Shown: piece by piece, positions 50,271-60,294 of the stretch
Numbering within the stretch: the first letter of the stretch is position 1
Layout of the letters: each line of letters begins with the position of its first letter
Origin: Acidobacteriota bacterium
Lineage (GTDB): Bacteria > Acidobacteriota > UBA6911 > RPQK01 > JAJDTT01
DNA: 64,000 bases
Direction of reading: 5' to 3'
NCBI GenBank assembly: GCA_965263035.1
Contig: OZ253580.1
Location: 2,784,001-2,848,000, forward strand
Translations under genes and position numbers: made by a program
Notes under the pieces: generated by a model
Seen by the model: the letters and a program-made list of their open reading frames with translations, nothing else
Told to the model about the DNA's origin: nothing
The model's database searches: none

Positions 50271-50741
50271 CTAGCCTGTGACCTGCGGCCGTTCCGGCTC
50301 ATTCCCACGGCCCGCTTCCAGTGGGATCAACGAGTCTGAGAGGGGAGAAGTCATGTCCAGCAGACTGATCCTCTCCAGCGTATCGAGAACGGCCTGGTTG
50401 ATCACCTGCCAGTTGCCTCGGATACGGCAGACCGGTTCCTGCTTGCACTCTCCGGGCGTCCCGATGCACTCGGTCATGGCAATGGGCCCCTCGATGACGT
50501 TGATGACGTCCGCCACCGAGATTCGCCCCGGCTTGAGCGCCAGCCTATAGCCCCCCTTGGCGCCGCGGCGGGACGACAGGACTCCTTCCCGAGCCAAGAC
50601 CTTGAGGATCTTGCTGACCATGGGCAGCGGGATCCGGGTTTGGTCGGAAAGTGTGCGAGCACTGTAGGTCAGCCCCCCGCCACCGGCAAAATGCGTCAAC
50701 AGAACGATTCCGTAGTCGGCCTCCTTACTCATTCGAATCAC
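50271..50741 (-). CDS. Rrf2-family SUF system regulator
   Basis: ADYG, SRRGAKGGYRL and EGPIAMTEC...C...C motifs; heads the suf operon. Confidence 0.9.
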   Translation of the reverse strand: MIRMSKEADYGIVLLTHFAGGGGLTYSARTLSDQTRIPLPMVSKILKVLAREGVLSSRRGAKGGYRLALKPGRISVADVINVIEGPIAMTECIGTPGECKQEPVCRIRGNWQVINQAVLDTLERISLLDMTSPLSDSLIPLEAGRGNEPERPQVTG

Positions 50742-50766
50742 GTTCGCATCACCCTCACGACCACAT

Positions 50767-50796
50767 ATAGTACTAATTTGGTCCTGTTTCTGTCAA
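50767..50796 (-). promoter_or_regulatory. sigma70 promoter TTGACA-N18-TACTAT with overlapping imperfect palindrome (candidate Rrf2 operator)
   Basis: TTGACA 50796-50791, TACTAT 50772-50767; ATAGTACTAATTTGGTCCTGT is partially dyad-symmetric. Confidence 0.6.
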
Positions 50797-50939
50797 CGCA
50801 CGCGGCAGTCTATTTTCGAACGTATCTCACACCCTGCGGAGGGCTCTCCGGACCCGGATTTCTCACCGGGGACGCTGCCCGCTGAAATCACGGGAGGAGA
50901 TCCGTCGAGCCATGAGGGTGTTGACGGAAAGTAGAAAGG

Positions 50940-51932
50940 CTACGGCCCGGGTCCCGGCGGCGAACCCGGCGCGTAATATCCGGGCCGAGTATGTACGACG
51001 GCACCGGGAACCGCTGCCCGAATCGTCACCTCGCGCCAGGAACCGTCGCGCGCTCGGTTCGTCGGACGATAGGAGATATAGTATTGATTCTTAAGCTCTT
51101 CCGCCACACGCACATAGACGTCGGAGAGACTTGCAAAGGCCTCACTATCGAGCACCCGGCCACCGGTTCGATCAGCCAGCGTGCGGAGGAATCTCTTCAC
51201 GCCCAGGATGTACTCGTCCGTCATCTGCCTGGGGACGAGCCGGCCTCGGCTCTGGAGTTGGATTCGCATGTTCATGGCGCTTATCCAGTAAGCTTCCACC
51301 GTCGAGGCGATGTAGGTCATGGCCTTGGAGCGGGTCACCAGATCCAGAGCCTCCTCGGCGCTGACCATGCTGTGAGTGTCGATGCCGTCGGAGAGAAGAA
51401 TGATGGCCTTCCTTCCCGACACGCTTGCCAAGAGGTCGTTGCAGGTCACGTAAAGGGCGTCGTTCAAAACGGTCTTTCCTTTGGCATAGATCTTCAGCAT
51501 CGCATTCTCGATCCGCTGACGGTCGTTGGTCCAATCGAGAATGAGCTTGGGGACGCTGCTGAAAGTGATGACGGCGATCTGGTCCTCCTCGCCGAGACTG
51601 TCCACGAAACGAAGCGCCGCCCGCCGGATTTCGCTCTGACTTCCCCGGGTGCTGCCGCTGACGTCCACCAGTAGCACCACACGCACGGGCAACGCCTCGC
51701 TGTAGAAATTCAGGATCTCCTGCCGGACGCTGCCCTCGTACACGGAGAACTGATCGCGGGTCAGCCCCCGGAGGAAACCTCCCTCGGTGGAGCGCGCGTT
51801 CACGGAAAGGAAAACCTGGTCTACGGCGACGCCGATTCGAAAGCCGGTGTCGGTTTCTTCGGCTTCGGCGGGGACGTCGTCCTGGATACCGGGCCAGAAG
51901 AGACCCCAGATCAACAATGCCAGATGGGCCAC
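50940..51932 (-). CDS. exported VWA-domain protein (acidobacterial VWFA-related type)
   Basis: DVSGS MIDAS, LSDGID, LADRTGG, QYYISYRP...DGSWR and TRPGYYA motifs. Confidence 0.88.
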   Translation of the reverse strand: MAHLALLIWGLFWPGIQDDVPAEAEETDTGFRIGVAVDQVFLSVNARSTEGGFLRGLTRDQFSVYEGSVRQEILNFYSEALPVRVVLLVDVSGSTRGSQSEIRRAALRFVDSLGEEDQIAVITFSSVPKLILDWTNDRQRIENAMLKIYAKGKTVLNDALYVTCNDLLASVSGRKAIILLSDGIDTHSMVSAEEALDLVTRSKAMTYIASTVEAYWISAMNMRIQLQSRGRLVPRQMTDEYILGVKRFLRTLADRTGGRVLDSEAFASLSDVYVRVAEELKNQYYISYRPTNRARDGSWREVTIRAAVPGAVVHTRPGYYAPGSPPGPGP

Positions 51933-51968
51933 GGGTCCATTATAGCGGAGGACCCGAATTGGATGCGG

Positions 51969-52424
51969 TCAGGACAGGGGGGACTTCGACTTTTCCAGGA
52001 GACGAATCCGGCCGATCTCCAGTCCCGGGTCCACCGCCTTGCACATGTCGTACAGCGTGAGGGCGGTCACGGCCACCGCCGTCAGGGCCTCCATCTCCAC
52101 GCCGGTCGCCCAGCGGCAGCTGACTCGGCTCCGGATCAAGAACCCCGACTCGTCCAACTCCACGTCCACATCTACGAAATCCAGGTTGATGTTGTGGCAG
52201 AGTGGAATGAGGCCGCTCGCCCGCTTGGCCGCCTCGATTCCGGCCAAGCGGGCGACTTCGAACGGATTGCCCTTGGGAAGACCGGCTTCGAGTATCACCT
52301 GGCGGGTACTCTCTGAAATCAGGACCTGCCCCTCGGCCACCGCCGTCCTCCGGACCAGTTCTTTGGAGCCGATGTCCACCATGTGCGCTCTTCCCGTCGA
52401 ATCCACATGGGTCAACCGCGTCAT
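51969..52424 (-). CDS. moaC: cyclic pyranopterin monophosphate synthase
   Basis: LTHVD...AHMVD, LIPLCH, TGVEMEAL and YDMCKA motifs; GAGGAGG SD. Confidence 0.95.
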   Translation of the reverse strand: MTRLTHVDSTGRAHMVDIGSKELVRRTAVAEGQVLISESTRQVILEAGLPKGNPFEVARLAGIEAAKRASGLIPLCHNINLDFVDVDVELDESGFLIRSRVSCRWATGVEMEALTAVAVTALTLYDMCKAVDPGLEIGRIRLLEKSKSPLS

Positions 52425-52435
52425 CTCGCCTCCTC

Positions 52436-53674
52436 TCATGCCAATTGGCCTCGACCCGGGTCGGCATCCAGGAGCAGAACCGCGACCCGTGCTCCGGCAG
52501 CGATACCGGAAACGTGGGAGGGAATGATCAACAGAGAATCCGCTCTGGAGAATCCCGTCAGATCGGCAGACCCTCCCGTCTCGACGGGAGAAACCCGGAG
52601 GTTTCCGCCCCACTCCGTGCGGGCCGGCTTGAAGAAGGTGCGGCCCGGCTTGTGGGAAACCGCCTGCGTCAAAGTCGCCTCGATCCGGCGTAGCGAGACC
52701 GAATCGAATCCCATCCACCGGCGAACCAATGGCCTCACAAAGAGCTGAAACGTGACGAACGCCGAAACCGGATTGCCGGGAAGACCGAAGGCCAGCGCCG
52801 ACCCCTTTCGGCCCACGCAGATCGGTTTCCCGGGTTTGACGGCGGCTTTGTGGAAAATCAGTCTGGCTCCTTCTCGTTCCAAGACCCGGTGGACGAAATC
52901 ATACTCGCCCATGGACACGCCGCCGGAGAGAAGGAGGAGGTCGAATTTCAGTCCGGATCGAATGACCTCCGCGATGCGTTCCGGATCGTCCGCCACCGAG
53001 ACCTCCGATTCGACCTTCAGGCCGAGCCGGCGACAGAGCGCCGCTATCATGGGACCGTTGGAATTTCGAATCTGCCCGAACCGGGGACGGGCTTCGACCG
53101 GAACCAACTCATCTCCGGTGGAAACCACGGCGGCCGAAAGTGGGCGAAAGACTTCCGGCCGAGCCTGACCGAAGGAAGCCAGGACGCCAATCTCGGCGGG
53201 GCCGATCAATCTTCCCGCTTCCAGAACCACGCTTCCCTTGGCGACTTCTCTACCCTGCCTCGAGAGGTTCGCTCCCGGCGCTACGGTTTTCAAGATCTCC
53301 ACGGTGGATCCATCGACCATTCTCGATTCCTCCACCATCTGAACCGCATCGGTGTCGGGCGGGACGGGCGCCCCGGTCATGATCCGTACCGTTTCGCCCG
53401 GAGCTACGGACGGCAACGAATCTGCTCCGGCCGCCACCTCTCCAACCACTTCCAAGCGCGCCGGAACAGTCTTTACGTCGTCGCTACGGACGGCAAAACC
53501 GTCCATGAACGATTTGTTGAATGGGGGCACGTCCGCGTCCGCATGGACGGGAGACGCCAGAACTCGATCCAGACACCGCTCCAACGGCAGCGCAACCGAC
53601 ACAGGAGACGGACACTGGGAAAGAATCCGCTCCAGGGCGTCTTCATAGGGAAGTAACTCGACCATTTCGCTCAT
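52436..53674 (-). CDS. moeA: molybdopterin molybdenumtransferase
   Basis: SFMDGFA, IMTGAP, STGDEL, GGVSMG, KPGKP and GLPGNP motifs. Confidence 0.94.
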   Translation of the reverse strand: MSEMVELLPYEDALERILSQCPSPVSVALPLERCLDRVLASPVHADADVPPFNKSFMDGFAVRSDDVKTVPARLEVVGEVAAGADSLPSVAPGETVRIMTGAPVPPDTDAVQMVEESRMVDGSTVEILKTVAPGANLSRQGREVAKGSVVLEAGRLIGPAEIGVLASFGQARPEVFRPLSAAVVSTGDELVPVEARPRFGQIRNSNGPMIAALCRRLGLKVESEVSVADDPERIAEVIRSGLKFDLLLLSGGVSMGEYDFVHRVLEREGARLIFHKAAVKPGKPICVGRKGSALAFGLPGNPVSAFVTFQLFVRPLVRRWMGFDSVSLRRIEATLTQAVSHKPGRTFFKPARTEWGGNLRVSPVETGGSADLTGFSRADSLLIIPSHVSGIAAGARVAVLLLDADPGRGQLA

Positions 53675-53771
53675 ACCCCCTGTTCGGTTTCGATAGCTGC
53701 AAGAACGGGCCGATGTGACGGCAGAGTTTCTGGCCAGGCCAGCACCGGATTCCATCCCGAAGAACTACATG

Positions 53772-53784
53772 CAACTATCTGATA
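53772..53784 (-). promoter_or_regulatory. IHF-like site TATCAGATAGTTG
   Basis: Matches WATCARNNNNTTR in the AT-richer intergenic region upstream of moeA. Confidence 0.35.
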
Positions 53785-53822
53785 TGGAAGAGGTTATCGA
53801 TAGCGGTGCGCCGGCGTGGGAG

Positions 53823-55424
53823 CTATAGCACCACCTGCTCCCGATACTCCCCGAAAACCTCACCCATGGCAGCAGACATTTCTCCAACCGTCGCGCCCGC
53901 CTCGATCCCCTCTATGATGGCGGGCATCAGATTCTCCCGTCCCCGGGCCATTCGGGTCAATCTCTCTACGGATCTCTCCCAGCGATCCCGATCCCGCCGA
54001 GCCCGATGCCGTGACAATTCCGCAATCTGCCGCTCTCTCGTCTCGGGATCCACCCTCAGCAACTCAATGTCCGCCGGCTCTTCATCTCGAAACCGATTGA
54101 CTCCCACGACCACCCGTTCCCCCGACTCCAACGTTCTCTGAAGACGATGGGCCGAATCCTGGATCTCTCGTTGGATGAACCCGTTCTCTATGGCCGGCAC
54201 CATCCCTCCCATGGACCGGATGCGCTCCAGATAGCTCTCCGCTTCCTCCTCCAGACGGCTCGTGAGCTTTTCCAGGTACCAACTCCCGCCGAGCGGGTCC
54301 GCCACGTCCGTCAGACCCGATTCGTGGGCCAGAATCTGTTGGGTCCGGAGCGCCAACTGAGCGGCGGCCTCCGTCGGAAGAGACATCGCCTCGTCTTTCC
54401 CATTGGTGTGAAGCGACTGGGTGCCGCCCAGGACCGCAGCCAACGCCTGTACCGTGGTTCGGACCACATTGTTGTCAGGCTGCTGCGCCGTCAGCGTACT
54501 TCCGCCGGTCTGGGTGTGAAAACGCATCATGCAGGACTTCGGATTCGCGGCGCCCCAGCGTTCCTTGACGCAACGGGCCCAGAGCCGGCGGGCCGCTCGG
54601 AACTTGGCCACCTCCTCGAAAAGGTCGTTGTGAGCAGCGAAGAAAAAAGAAAGCCGGGGGGCAAAGTCATCGATATGGAGACCCGCCTTCAAGATCGAGT
54701 CGACGTAGGTTTCAGCATTGGCCAGAGTGAAACCGATTTCCTGAGCGGCCGTAGAGCCGGCCTCCCGGATATGGTAGCCGCTGATGGAAATGGGATTCCA
54801 TCCGGGAACCGTCCCCTGGCAGAACGTCACCAGGTCGGTGACCAGCCGGAGGGACGCCTCCACCGGGTAGAGATAGGTGCCGCGAGCAATGTACTCCTTG
54901 AGAATGTCGTTCTGGACCGTGCCCCGTAACGCCCCCCAGGACGTCCCTTGACTGCGTGCCTGAACCAGATAGAGCGCCAGCAGAATCGGCGCGGTTGCAT
55001 TGATGGTCATGGAAGTGGAGACCCGGCTGAGGTCGATTTCATGAAATAAGGTCTCCATGTCCCACAGGCCATCGATGGCAACGCCGGCGCGGCCGACCTC
55101 TCCCTCCGCCAGGGGATGGTCCGAATCCAAGCCCAGCTGAGTCGGCAGGTCGAATGCCACCGACAGACCGCGGTTGCCCTGAGAAAGGAGATAGCGGTAT
55201 CGCCGATTCGATTCTCGAGCCGTGGCGTACCCCGAATACTGGCGGATCGTCCAGAGTCGGTCACGATACATGCCGGAATAGGCGCCACGAGTGAAGGGAA
55301 ACCGGCCCGGTTCGTTCAGCTCGGCCTGCTCGTCGAATTCCGGAAGGTTTTCCGGTCCGACGAATGTCTTTTCGGGTCCATCGGTGCCGGTGCCGAAGCC
55401 GGATCTGCCGCCGTCGTTCCTCAC
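53823..55424 (-). CDS. methylmalonyl-CoA mutase, substrate-binding subunit (no B12-binding domain)
   Basis: FPFTRG, RQYSG (Tyr type), [27 protein letters not shown] and DPLGGS motifs. Confidence 0.9.
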   Translation of the reverse strand: MRNDGGRSGFGTGTDGPEKTFVGPENLPEFDEQAELNEPGRFPFTRGAYSGMYRDRLWTIRQYSGYATARESNRRYRYLLSQGNRGLSVAFDLPTQLGLDSDHPLAEGEVGRAGVAIDGLWDMETLFHEIDLSRVSTSMTINATAPILLALYLVQARSQGTSWGALRGTVQNDILKEYIARGTYLYPVEASLRLVTDLVTFCQGTVPGWNPISISGYHIREAGSTAAQEIGFTLANAETYVDSILKAGLHIDDFAPRLSFFFAAHNDLFEEVAKFRAARRLWARCVKERWGAANPKSCMMRFHTQTGGSTLTAQQPDNNVVRTTVQALAAVLGGTQSLHTNGKDEAMSLPTEAAAQLALRTQQILAHESGLTDVADPLGGSWYLEKLTSRLEEEAESYLERIRSMGGMVPAIENGFIQREIQDSAHRLQRTLESGERVVVGVNRFRDEEPADIELLRVDPETRERQIAELSRHRARRDRDRWERSVERLTRMARGRENLMPAIIEGIEAGATVGEMSAAMGEVFGEYREQVVL

Positions 55425-55538
55425 TTTACATGCACCTCCCGTTTGATATCATGGGCTCAATTCACGGCCAGGGTTCCGCAAGGTCGAGGCCTTGCTTGAT
55501 TTCGGCTGGATGTTAGCAACGGGAAGGGTGGAACTCAA

Positions 55539-55802
55539 ATGCGAGACGGGCAGTTGAAGGACTACAAGAAGAAGCTCGAGTCGGCCATCAACGACGCCCT
55601 CGTCAGCTCCCCCCAGATCAACGCCGCCATTCAGGGTATTCGAGAACACGGATACGATGTTTTCCTCATCATCGAAGCCACCATCGGTTTCAATGCGAGG
55701 GGGAGTGGAACGGCGCCAGCCAAAAAACTGTCAACGGTGCGGCTGCAGTTGACGGGTCAGGACGAGAAGTTTCTGCGTTCGCTGAAGATCAGTCCCGAGT
55801 AG
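55539..55802 (+). CDS. small hypothetical protein
   Basis: 87 aa; GYDVFLIIEATIGF...D.KFLRSLKIS with protein-like composition. Confidence 0.7.
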   Translation: MRDGQLKDYKKKLESAINDALVSSPQINAAIQGIREHGYDVFLIIEATIGFNARGSGTAPAKKLSTVRLQLTGQDEKFLRSLKISPE

Positions 55803-55856
55803 CAAACCCTTCGTGGCCGGCTCCATTGGGGACGCCTGCTGCTGAGAAGACTCGGA

Positions 55857-55862
55857 TATAAT
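55857..55862 (+). promoter_or_regulatory. -10 TATAAT of mnmG, probable leaderless transcript
   Basis: 7 nt before ATG; no SD. Confidence 0.6.
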
Positions 55863-55869
55863 CCCCGCC

Positions 55870-57774
55870 ATGCCCGATCTCTCGGTCGACGTCATTGTCA
55901 TTGGGGGCGGCCACGCCGGTTGCGAGGCGGCGTTTGCCGCGGCCCGATTGGGAGCCAATACCGCCCTGGTTACGATAAACCGCGAAATGATTGCCCAGAT
56001 GTCATGCAACCCGTCCGTCGGGGGCATCGGCAAGGGTCACCTGGTGCGGGAGATCGATGCCCTGGGGGGCGTTATCGGCCAAGCGGCGGATTCGAACGGA
56101 ATCCACTTCCGTCTGCTCAATCGGAGTCGCGGCCCTGCGGTCCAAGCCCCTCGCGCCCAGTGCGACAAGAAACTCTATCGGCAGGAGATGCAGCATCGGC
56201 TGCGTTGTCAGAAAAACCTCACGGTAGTCCAGGCAGAGGCCACTGCCCTGTTGCGGAATGGAAACCGAATCGCCGGCATTGAAACCGCTGCCGGCGGTCG
56301 GGTCGACGCACCCTGCGTCGTATTGACCACCGGCACCTTCCTGAACGGGCTCTGCCATCTGGGACAGAAGAAGTTTCGTGCCGGCCGTTCGGGAGAAAAG
56401 GCTTCCGTGCAGCTCGCGCGCTCCTTGAAGTCCATCGGCTTTCGCCTCGGCCGCCTGAAGACGGGGACACCGCCGAGGCTTGAAAAGAGAAGCATCGACT
56501 TCTCGCGTTTCGAAGTTCAACCCAGCGATCCGGATCCCACCTTGTTCTCGTTCCAAAGCCAGGGGCCGAGACTGCGCCAAGTCGACTGTTGGCTCACGCT
56601 CACCAACAGCCGTGTCCATGATGTGATCCGCAACAACCTGCATCGCAGCCCCCTCTACAGCGGTGACATCGTCGGTCTCGGACCTCGTTATTGCCCCTCC
56701 ATCGAGGACAAGGTGGTGAAATTTCCGCACCACGACCGCCATCAGCTCTTCCTGGAGCCGGAAGGACTCGATTCCGAGCTCATCTATGTGAGCGGTCTCT
56801 CCACCAGTCTCCCGGTGGACGTACAGGAAGAAATTCTGGCCCAGATCGACGGCTTGGAAGAAACGACCATGATCCGGCCAGGTTATGCGGTCGAGTACGA
56901 TTACGTCCAGCCGTCAGAGTTGCGTCCTTCGCTGGAGACCAAGAAGGTCGAGGGGTTGTTTCATGCCGGCCAGATCAACGGGACCACGGGCTATGAGGAA
57001 GCCGCCGGCCAGGGAATCCTGGCCGGAATCAATGCCGCCCTCAAGGCCGCCGGGGACGAGCCTTTCGTACCCAGCCGCAGCGAGAGCTACCTGGGGATCC
57101 TGGTGGACGATCTGGTCACCAAGGACGTCGACGAACCGTATCGGATGTTCACGTCCAGAGCCGAGTGCCGCCTGCTGCTCAGGATCGACAATGCCGACCG
57201 TCGACTCATGCCTCACGGCCATAGGCTGGGACTGGTGTCATCGAAGCTCTTCGACAGATTCCAGCACAAATGGAAGCGGATCGACGATGCCATCGAATTT
57301 TTGCGGAAAACTCGTCTGAAGAAAGCGTCCCGCCTGATGGAGGACCTGCGGTTGCAGACCGGCGCTCCCCGCGGAGCCTGCCTGGACCGTCTGCTCAAGC
57401 GGCCCGAGGTCGACATTCGCGATATGACTCCCATTTTGAGGGAGCACAGGCATTATCTGAGCCGGGAGGAGGGGAAGGTCGTTCAGACGCAGATCCGGTA
57501 CGAAGGCTATATCCGCTTGCAGATGGAGGATGTCCGACGGCTGAAGAACATGGAGGGCAGAATCATCCCTGCCGGACTCGACTTCGGCATCGTCAACGGG
57601 CTTTCCCTGGAGATGAGGGAGCGTTTGGAGCGGGTTCGCCCCACCAGCCTGGGTCAGGCTTCTCGAATTCCCGGAATCACTCCTGCCGCTCTGTCGATGC
57701 TGAGCATTCACCTCGAAGTGAGAAGAAGGTCTCTGGTGCGGGAGCCTGCCGCCGGAACGATTTCCCAAGCATGA
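55870..57774 (+). CDS. mnmG: tRNA uridine 5-carboxymethylaminomethyl modification enzyme
   Basis: [39 protein letters not shown] and [14 protein letters not shown] motifs. Confidence 0.97.
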   Translation: MPDLSVDVIVIGGGHAGCEAAFAAARLGANTALVTINREMIAQMSCNPSVGGIGKGHLVREIDALGGVIGQAADSNGIHFRLLNRSRGPAVQAPRAQCDKKLYRQEMQHRLRCQKNLTVVQAEATALLRNGNRIAGIETAAGGRVDAPCVVLTTGTFLNGLCHLGQKKFRAGRSGEKASVQLARSLKSIGFRLGRLKTGTPPRLEKRSIDFSRFEVQPSDPDPTLFSFQSQGPRLRQVDCWLTLTNSRVHDVIRNNLHRSPLYSGDIVGLGPRYCPSIEDKVVKFPHHDRHQLFLEPEGLDSELIYVSGLSTSLPVDVQEEILAQIDGLEETTMIRPGYAVEYDYVQPSELRPSLETKKVEGLFHAGQINGTTGYEEAAGQGILAGINAALKAAGDEPFVPSRSESYLGILVDDLVTKDVDEPYRMFTSRAECRLLLRIDNADRRLMPHGHRLGLVSSKLFDRFQHKWKRIDDAIEFLRKTRLKKASRLMEDLRLQTGAPRGACLDRLLKRPEVDIRDMTPILREHRHYLSREEGKVVQTQIRYEGYIRLQMEDVRRLKNMEGRIIPAGLDFGIVNGLSLEMRERLERVRPTSLGQASRIPGITPAALSMLSIHLEVRRRSLVREPAAGTISQA

Positions 57775-58409
57775 GCCGCTTCTCGAAATACGTCTCTTCG
57801 CTTGAAACCCTCTTTGGCCTGACCCTCCACCAAGCGCAACGGAACGGCGTCCGGACCTATCTGCGGTTGCTGGCCAAATGGAACTCGCGGGTGAACCTGA
57901 CCCGCCTGGTTCGGATAGAAGACGAACTGCGATTTCATTTCTTCGAATCGTTCTGGCTGGCACAGCGGTTCCTGGAGCCGAGCCATGCCGTAGTGGACGT
58001 CGGCAGCGGAGCGGGGTTCCCAGGGCTGGCGATGCAACTCTATTACCCCAGTCTCTCCCTGACCCTCGTCGAAAAGAACTTCAAGAAGACCGTTTTTCTG
58101 AAGGAAGTCGCCCGGACTCTCTCCCTGCGGGCCCGGATCGTTCACGGACAAGCCGAAACCGACGCCGACTGGGAGGGCGTCCAACTGGTCACGGTCCGCG
58201 GGCTCAAGCCGTCACCCAGGTTGACCGAAACCTTGGGCCGCCGCGGCATCCCGTTACTGGCGCTTCATGGTGAGAAGCTCAGCGAAACCCTGAAGGGGCG
58301 CCGGTGTGTTCGCCGGGAACGGGTTCCGGGCTCGAGACGCCGTTTTGCGACGCTATTTGGCTACGACCCGCCGAAACCGGTTCGCATGTTTCACGTGAAA
58401 CAATGCTGA
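57771..58409 (+). CDS. rsmG: 16S rRNA (G527-N7)-methyltransferase
   Basis: [14 protein letters not shown] and [10 protein letters not shown] motifs; ATGA overlap with mnmG. Confidence 0.92.
   Translation: MSRFSKYVSSLETLFGLTLHQAQRNGVRTYLRLLAKWNSRVNLTRLVRIEDELRFHFFESFWLAQRFLEPSHAVVDVGSGAGFPGLAMQLYYPSLSLTLVEKNFKKTVFLKEVARTLSLRARIVHGQAETDADWEGVQLVTVRGLKPSPRLTETLGRRGIPLLALHGEKLSETLKGRRCVRRERVPGSRRRFATLFGYDPPKPVRMFHVKQC
58387..58402. promoter_or_regulatory. parS: parS centromere-like site
   Basis: Perfect palindrome TGTTTCACGTGAAACA, equal to the established consensus, ~245 bp upstream of parA. Confidence 0.95.
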
Positions 58410-58617
58410 CTTGGTTCGACGAGCGCACCGGGACGCCGTTGGTCCGGCTTTTGGTCTGCTCGTACCCATTCGATGCACCGAACCATAGCGGCAGGAAATC
58501 GTCGAATCCGTCCCCGGGGAACAAGTGTCCGCTTCCGGACGGCTTCGGCCGGCTCGCCGCCTATCCGTCGAAACGGGATACTTGGGTGTCCCGCTCTCCG
58601 GATCTTTCACCGCCTGC

Positions 58618-58626
58618 TGTTACTAT
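58618..58626 (+). promoter_or_regulatory. extended -10 (TGTTACTAT) of parAB
   Basis: TGn-TACTAT 21 nt before the parA ATG. Confidence 0.45.
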
Positions 58627-58647
58627 GCCGGAACCCGGAACCGCGAA

Positions 58648-59454
58648 ATGACGAGAACCATCGCCATTGCCAACCAGAAAGGTGGTGTCGGCAAGACCAC
58701 GACCGCAATCAACTTGGCCGCCTCGCTGGCTATCGCGGCGTGGCGCGTCCTCCTGGTTGACCTGGACCCCCAGGGAAACGCCACGTCGGGATTGGGAATC
58801 GACAAGAACGAAGACGCTCTTTTCATCTATGACATTCTCGCGGACGGCGCGGATCCGCTTTCGGCCCTGAGGCGGACCGAGATGGAGAACCTGCATCTCC
58901 TCCCTGCCAATCGCGCTCTTGTCGGCGCCACAGTGGAGCTACTCGACGCGTCGGACCGTGAATGGCTTGTCGCCAGGGCTCTGAACCGTATTCGCGAGAG
59001 TTACGACTTCATTCTGATCGACTGCCCGCCGTCGCTGGGCATTCTCACTCTCAACGGCTTGGTGGCCGCCGACTCGGTCCTCATTCCCATCCAGGCAGAA
59101 TATTTTGCCCTGGAAGGGCTCTCGGACCTCATGGAGACGATTCGCCGCATCCGGGAAGGGTACAACCCCGGTCTGGAGCTGGAAGGGATTCTCCTGACCA
59201 TGTATGACGAGCGCCTCATTCTCTCCTCCCAGATTCGAGCTGACGTCTGCTCTCACCTCGGATCTCACGTTTTCGACACCTTTATTCCCCGCAACGTCCG
59301 GCTGGCCGAATGCACCAGCTTTGGGCAACCCATTCTGCTTTATGACGCCCATTGTAAAGGAGCCGACAGCTACCAAAGCCTGGCCCGGGAATTGGTTGGC
59401 CGGCGCCAGCCGGGACCGAATCAGGACCCGACATCCCATGAGGTGAACGGATGA
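58648..59454 (+). CDS. parA: chromosome partitioning ATPase ParA/Soj
   Basis: NQKGGVGKTT, DLDPQGN, IDCPPSL and IPRNVRL motifs. Confidence 0.96.
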   Translation: MTRTIAIANQKGGVGKTTTAINLAASLAIAAWRVLLVDLDPQGNATSGLGIDKNEDALFIYDILADGADPLSALRRTEMENLHLLPANRALVGATVELLDASDREWLVARALNRIRESYDFILIDCPPSLGILTLNGLVAADSVLIPIQAEYFALEGLSDLMETIRRIREGYNPGLELEGILLTMYDERLILSSQIRADVCSHLGSHVFDTFIPRNVRLAECTSFGQPILLYDAHCKGADSYQSLARELVGRRQPGPNQDPTSHEVNG

Positions 59455-60281
59455 AGCGAAGAGTTCTCGGACGGGGCCTGGCTGCTCTGCTGCCCAGGCC
59501 CGAAGCCGCCTCCTTTTTCCTTCAAATCGAACTGAAAAGGATCCGGCCGAATCCTTTTCAGCCCAGAATCCGCATGGACAGCGCCAGACTGCAGGAGCTC
59601 GCCGATTCGATCACCGAAAACGGCGTTCTCCAACCCATCGTGGTCCGGTCCCGGCCTGAGGGCTACGAGATTGTCGCCGGCGAACGCCGCTGGAAGGCGG
59701 CTCAACAGGCCGGTCTTGCTCGGATTCCTGCCGTCGTCCAGGACCTTTCCGACGAAAGAATGGTGGAAGTCGCCGTTGTCGAGAATATCCAGCGCGACGA
59801 ATTGAGTCCGATCGAGGAAGCGCACGCGTACCATATCCTGATCCAGGATTTTCGACTCACCCAGGAACAGGTGTCTCAACGCGTCGGCCGCAGCCGCGCA
59901 GCCGTCGCCAACACTCTTCGCCTGCTGCGTCTTCCCAAAGCTGTGCAGGAATCCCTTCTGGACGGCAAGATCAGCATGGGGCACGCCCGAGCCCTGATTC
60001 CCCTGACTCAAGCACAGCAATTGAAGTTGGCCCGCCAAATCGTGTCGGCGGACCTCTCGGTCCGGCAGGTAGAACGCCGCGTACAGGCGCTGCGCCGCGA
60101 CCCACCCTCGCCTCCGGCTTCCCTTGACCCCAACGTCAAGGCCGCGCAGCAGCGGCTGGAACGCCGCTGGAAGACGAGAGTTAAAATCCGCACCCGGGGC
60201 TCAACGGGCCAGATCGTATTCCACTTCAAATCCAGCGAGGAACTGGACCGCTTGTACGAGAACCTCATGAAGGAGGAGTGA
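59451..60281 (+). CDS. parB: chromosome partitioning protein ParB/Spo0J
   Basis: LGRGL, NPFQPR, AGERRW and ENIQR motifs plus HTH. Confidence 0.96.
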   Translation: MKRRVLGRGLAALLPRPEAASFFLQIELKRIRPNPFQPRIRMDSARLQELADSITENGVLQPIVVRSRPEGYEIVAGERRWKAAQQAGLARIPAVVQDLSDERMVEVAVVENIQRDELSPIEEAHAYHILIQDFRLTQEQVSQRVGRSRAAVANTLRLLRLPKAVQESLLDGKISMGHARALIPLTQAQQLKLARQIVSADLSVRQVERRVQALRRDPPSPPASLDPNVKAAQQRLERRWKTRVKIRTRGSTGQIVFHFKSSEELDRLYENLMKEE

Positions 60282-60294
60282 GCCCTTCCTCCCG

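Noticed and set aside
53675-53822. Moco or cobalamin riboswitch near moeA/mutase
   Set aside because: No recognisable conserved motifs by eye; an Rfam scan would settle it
53823-55424. Mutase as a truncated pseudogene or an isobutyryl/2-hydroxyisobutyryl-CoA mutase
   Set aside because: Two-subunit mutases with a separate B12 domain are well known, and the RQY motif fits methylmalonyl-CoA specificity
57270-57770. Long N-terminal extensions of rsmG (and similarly moaC, parA, gatC, mazG) in the ORF track
   Set aside because: They overlap upstream genes or intergenic DNA; homology motifs begin at downstream starts with SD or coupled overlaps
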